DNA of 61,012 nucleotides from Candidatus Omnitrophota bacterium (GTDB lineage Bacteria; Omnitrophota; Omnitrophia; Omnitrophales; JACROU01): NCBI GenBank assembly GCA_016214265.1, contig JACROU010000078.1, positions 1 to 61,012 of the forward strand, read 5' to 3'. Shown piece by piece: positions 57,189 to 61,012 of this stretch (position 1 is its first letter; each line of letters starts with the position of its first letter). The notes under the pieces were generated by a model. It saw only the letters and a program-made list of their open reading frames with translations, ran no database searches and was not told where the DNA came from. The position numbers and the translations under genes were made by a program.

Positions 57189-60100
57189 TTGCGCTGAGTC
57201 AGGCCGCGGATCAAGCCGCTAAGCTTGCCCGAATGGTGGTGAATCCTGTCCGCTATCTGTATGAAATCGAGTATCCGCCGATTCTCAGCCGCGTGCACTA
57301 TGCCGCTGTTGCCGGAGTTATTTCTGTGACTGTACTGGTGGCGGCGTATCAATCCCTGTTCAAACTGTTGGCCGGAGCTGTTCTTGCCGGCGTGATGGCT
57401 TTGTTTCTCGCAGCAGTCATTTTCACGATGATGCGGACTTTATTCCCATCGCAGAACGCGACTCTACCCGTCGATTTGGAAAATGTTTTCGGCCCAAATG
57501 ATCTCGAGATTTTCAAAGATTTCCGCCGAAAATTTTGGGATGGCGAGCATGATTTCTCCGACATCAGCAAAATTGAAAACATAAGTCTGAAATTGGCCCT
57601 CGTGTCTGAAACCATCTATGCTTACAACAATGGAATGCCGGTCAGTGCCGGAGAAATAGAAAAATTTGAAGCTCTTCTGAAAGTATTAAAACAATCAAAC
57701 AAGCCGCGCCTTATTTCTGCCGCCGAGAAACTTCTGGATGAGAGACCTTATCAAACCGCGAAAGTGCGCAAAGCCGAAGGCGCTTCGCTCGGCTCCCGCC
57801 AAAGCGACGCGGAAGTTTTTGCCGGTCTGAAAAAAATATTCGAAGACGCCGCGGTAGAACAAAAGCTTGTAAAACTAATCAAGGGGATTCAGCTTGAAGA
57901 TTTGAAATATCCCAAAGACGGGCTGATTGTTTCCGGCGATAAGCTGGGCAATCAAAAATTTTCATCAGAAAATCTTTACGGCATTTCGATTCCCGAAGAC
58001 GCCAGCGGCTACAGCGGCGATATTATGGAGGCCTACATTAAAGACAACGCGTTGCATCTTGTTGTGGCCGACGCGGTGAATCACGGCCTTTCCGCCTCAT
58101 TTAATCGATATCTGTTCCAATGCTTGATCCGGCATTATCCCCTTGAAGAGGCGAGCCGGATTTTTTCGCGTCTGCACCAGCAGCTTCGCGCTCAAAAACC
58201 CAATCTTCTTTTTGGAATCCGTTATTTTGAACTTAAACTGGATTTGGAGCGCGGAAAAATTCTGGCTCGAACAGCCACTGCGGTGAATGATCAACTGATA
58301 GAAAATTTGCAGGGACAAATGAGCCGTCTTGAGATTCTTGATTTGGAAGAAGGGGAGCAGATGATCGGCATGATGCGGCTTGATGAAACGCCATCAATGC
58401 CTTCTCCGTGGCACGAGTTGATGTTAAAAGATGGATTTCTGATTTTGCTTCAAACCGATGGAGCGTACGAGGCCCGTAACGCGCAGAAAAAAGAGTTTGA
58501 GCTGGAGCGAATCAAGGTTCTCATCAATGAGATGCTTGCGAAGAATCCTAAAATTTCCGCGAAAGCAGTTGTGGAAGGCATTCTCAGTGAAGTGAAGGCT
58601 CATTTGGGCTCTGCGCGGCTGTCCGACGATATTACGTTGCTGGTATTGCGCATGCCGAAATTTCAGGCCAGTTCACTGGGTATTAGCGAACAAAAAGATT
58701 TTGATAAATTCCAAATTGAATTAAGAAAAGGAAAAGTCGCGGATCAACGTTTGAAAGAAATTGTCGACCGTGCGGAAGCAGCGGGGCAGTTTGATTATCT
58801 GAGGAAGGTTTTCCTCAGCCGGTTGTTTGAGCAGGATGTTGATATCTTCGCTTACCGCGGATTGAAATTATTGAATGCGCGTGAAGCTATGTACCGGGAA
58901 CTATTCGGTATGTCGGTTCCAACTAAAATTTTGGATGGCGGTTCGGTAACGGTTCGCGCGGTGGCCTTCAGTCCGGATAAAAAGCGGTTTGCTTCCGGTA
59001 CATCCGAAGGATTGGTAAAAATTTGGGATGTGGAAACGGGGCGACTGGTTTTTCGATTCGACGAAAAAGGATTTTCCATTAAATCTCTGGATTTTAATTC
59101 CAATGGCAGTCAGATTTGCGCGGAGGGTGCCGATTTTTCATCCAGAATTTGGAAGCTGGGCACAGGACAAAAAATATTCTTCCCGGCACCTTCGGCGGCA
59201 AATCATAAATTATTTGATGCGGACATCCGGCCGATTAATCTCAAAACCCACGATGGCACACGTTTGGTAGCTGTGAACCGGATGGGGGATGTGGACGTTT
59301 GGCAATGGGATGAAAAAAATCCCCGCAAGTGCCGGGTGCTTTATGGAATTAAAGGGCAGTATATTTTTTCCGCGGATGTCAGCGCCGATGGCCGGTATTT
59401 TGTGACAGGAAGTCGTGATGGCCGGATTGTTGTTTGGGATTTTGAAACCGATTATCCCCGTCAGCGCGCGTATTTGGCGGGTCATGAAAGTTGTGTTTAC
59501 TCAATAAAATTTTCTCCCGATTCCCGGTGGTTGATTTCGGGCTCGCAGGATCAAACAGTAAAATTGTGGCAAAATCATGGACGTAAACTTGACGGTTTTT
59601 GGTCCCGGTTCCAAATGGGATTTGCTCTGACTGACGAAGAGGTCAGGAATCTGAAAGATTTTCTAAATAGTCTGGATCCGCGCCAGCAGGGGAACCTTAA
59701 TTATGAAGAGCGTGCTCAGCTGGAGGCCTATGCGCTTAAATGGCAGCAGGATATCGCGGTAATGGTTGGGTTTCAAGGCGAGCGTTTGGCCAGACAGCCG
59801 GACCGCGATCCGAAATGGAAAGATGATCCTTCATGGCTGGTGGAGGCGCTGGTTGAATATCTTAAGCCGTCTACGGGAATTCTTTCGGCTTATTCCATGG
59901 ACAAGCTTGAAGAGATGGAAGAGGAAATGAGGGCACAGTTAAAAATCTCCCGGCCCCGTCCACTAATAAATACTTACTGGAACGATGCGCAGAATATCCT
60001 TCTCGTCCTCGAACTTCTTCGCCGCCACGATCACATTTTCAAACTTCCCAATCCGGAATTTCCGAAAGCTTCCGGCGCGTCGCTGGGCGCTGTTCTCAAT

Positions 60101-61012
60101 CAGGCAGTGCAAGGGCTCGCGGATTTTAGGTTGAGCGACATTGATGAGCGAGACAAAGAAATATTATTCGGGCACATTCTGGAAGAGCGATTCGCGCCGG
60201 TGCGCGCGGCGCTCGAGTCGCGCGAAGGCCGTGCGCCGCTGGAAGAGATGGCGCTTGGAGACATCTTCGAACTTCTTTCCGAAAAAAGACCGCTCATTTC
60301 CGACCCGCCTCTTCCCGTGACGGGAACGCCGCTCGGCGATATCGATTTATCCAAACTCAATGATGTTACCCGGTACGAAGGCTATGACGCCGCCGCCCAA
60401 ATCGCGCGCGATCTTATGCTGGCCCATTACCTGGGATTGATCCGGATAAAAAAATTCAAAGGAGCCGTTAGTCCGCGAACCGTGTATGGACAAATAAATA
60501 AATTATTCCCGAAAGGAAAAATCATTTCAGTGAATTCAACCGTATCGGACTGGCTGAGGATTAAGTCTGGATTAAGGGAATTGGCAGGAGATTATTCAAG
60601 ATATCAAGATGACGAGGGCCAGATCGCATTTTACGAACGGGTATTTGGCGGCGACGTGGGCGAAAAACATTTGGGCAATCTATATTCCGCGCTGCCGAAA
60701 GCCGTGAAGCGGGCAGCGCACTGGAGCATGCTCAGTCTTAATTACCGGGAGGTGAAAAAGCTGAGGGAGGCGGCAAACACACTTACGGAAGAAGAGAAGC
60801 GGGATGACGAGGGTCAGATCTTATTTTATGAGCGGGTATTTGGCGATGAGGTGGGTGAGAAACATTTGGGCGCTCTTTATTCCGCGTTGCCGAAAGCGGT
60901 GAAGCAACAAGCGCACTGGAGCGTGCTCAATCTTAATTACCGGGAGGTGAAGCAATTGAGAGAAGCGGCAAACACACTTACGGAAGAAGAGAAGCGGGAT
61001 GACGAGGGTCAG
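57005..61012 (+). CDS. continuation of the giant modular protein (membrane module, PP2C/SpoIIE phosphatase, WD40 repeats, 65-aa repeats); runs off the window
   Basis: Hand translation shows an open frame from 57005 to the end, absent from the track because it has no stop. Motifs SGD, VVADAVNHG, TDG, DDITLL (PP2C); AVAFSPD...VKIWD, TGSRDGRIVVWD, GHESCVYSIKFSPD...TVKLW (WD40). Confidence 0.85.
60608..61012 (+). repeat. 195-bp (65-aa) coding tandem repeat
   Basis: DDEGQ unit starts at 60608, 60803 and 60998. Confidence 0.92.

Noticed and set aside
60608-61012. CRISPR array
   Set aside because: Units are 195 bp, in frame and have no unique spacers; the 7-mer arrays also lack spacers, and no cas genes are present.

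Overview
Bacterial chromosomal window, mostly + strand. The giant modular gene, PPi-PEPCK, 11-subunit complex I and hom-thrC-apgM-lysC-cimA suggest Candidatus Omnitrophota or a related PVC lineage (inference only). In order: hup, tRNA-Pro(GGG), PPi-type PEP carboxykinase, three hybrid histidine kinases with a FIST protein, YceI, a flippase, nuoABCDHIJKLMN without nuoEFG, aspA-like lyase, glycosyltransferases, an SOS-box-controlled yhcG-lexA-small ORF-four-helix-bundle-dinB operon, ETF-QO, a threonine/isoleucine operon, valS, a pseudouridine synthase, nadC and uvrB. The window ends inside a very large secreted modular gene. Two candidate systems stand out. (1) The giant protein has a TraB/TIKI-like N-terminal domain followed by unrelated modules (methyltransferase, membrane module, PP2C phosphatase, WD40, 65-aa repeats) bounded by a recurring xxSLG linker, suggesting a self-processing polyprotein. 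(2) A four-helix-bundle (23S IVS/Avd-like) gene is enclosed by a perfect 30-bp inverted repeat built from 7-mers, and gene-less copies of the same 7-mer hairpin occur elsewhere, including in-frame in proteins. Three apparent deletion or frameshift junctions (~18408, ~36254, ~57010) may be assembly artefacts. Family calls come from recognised motifs; no searches were run.
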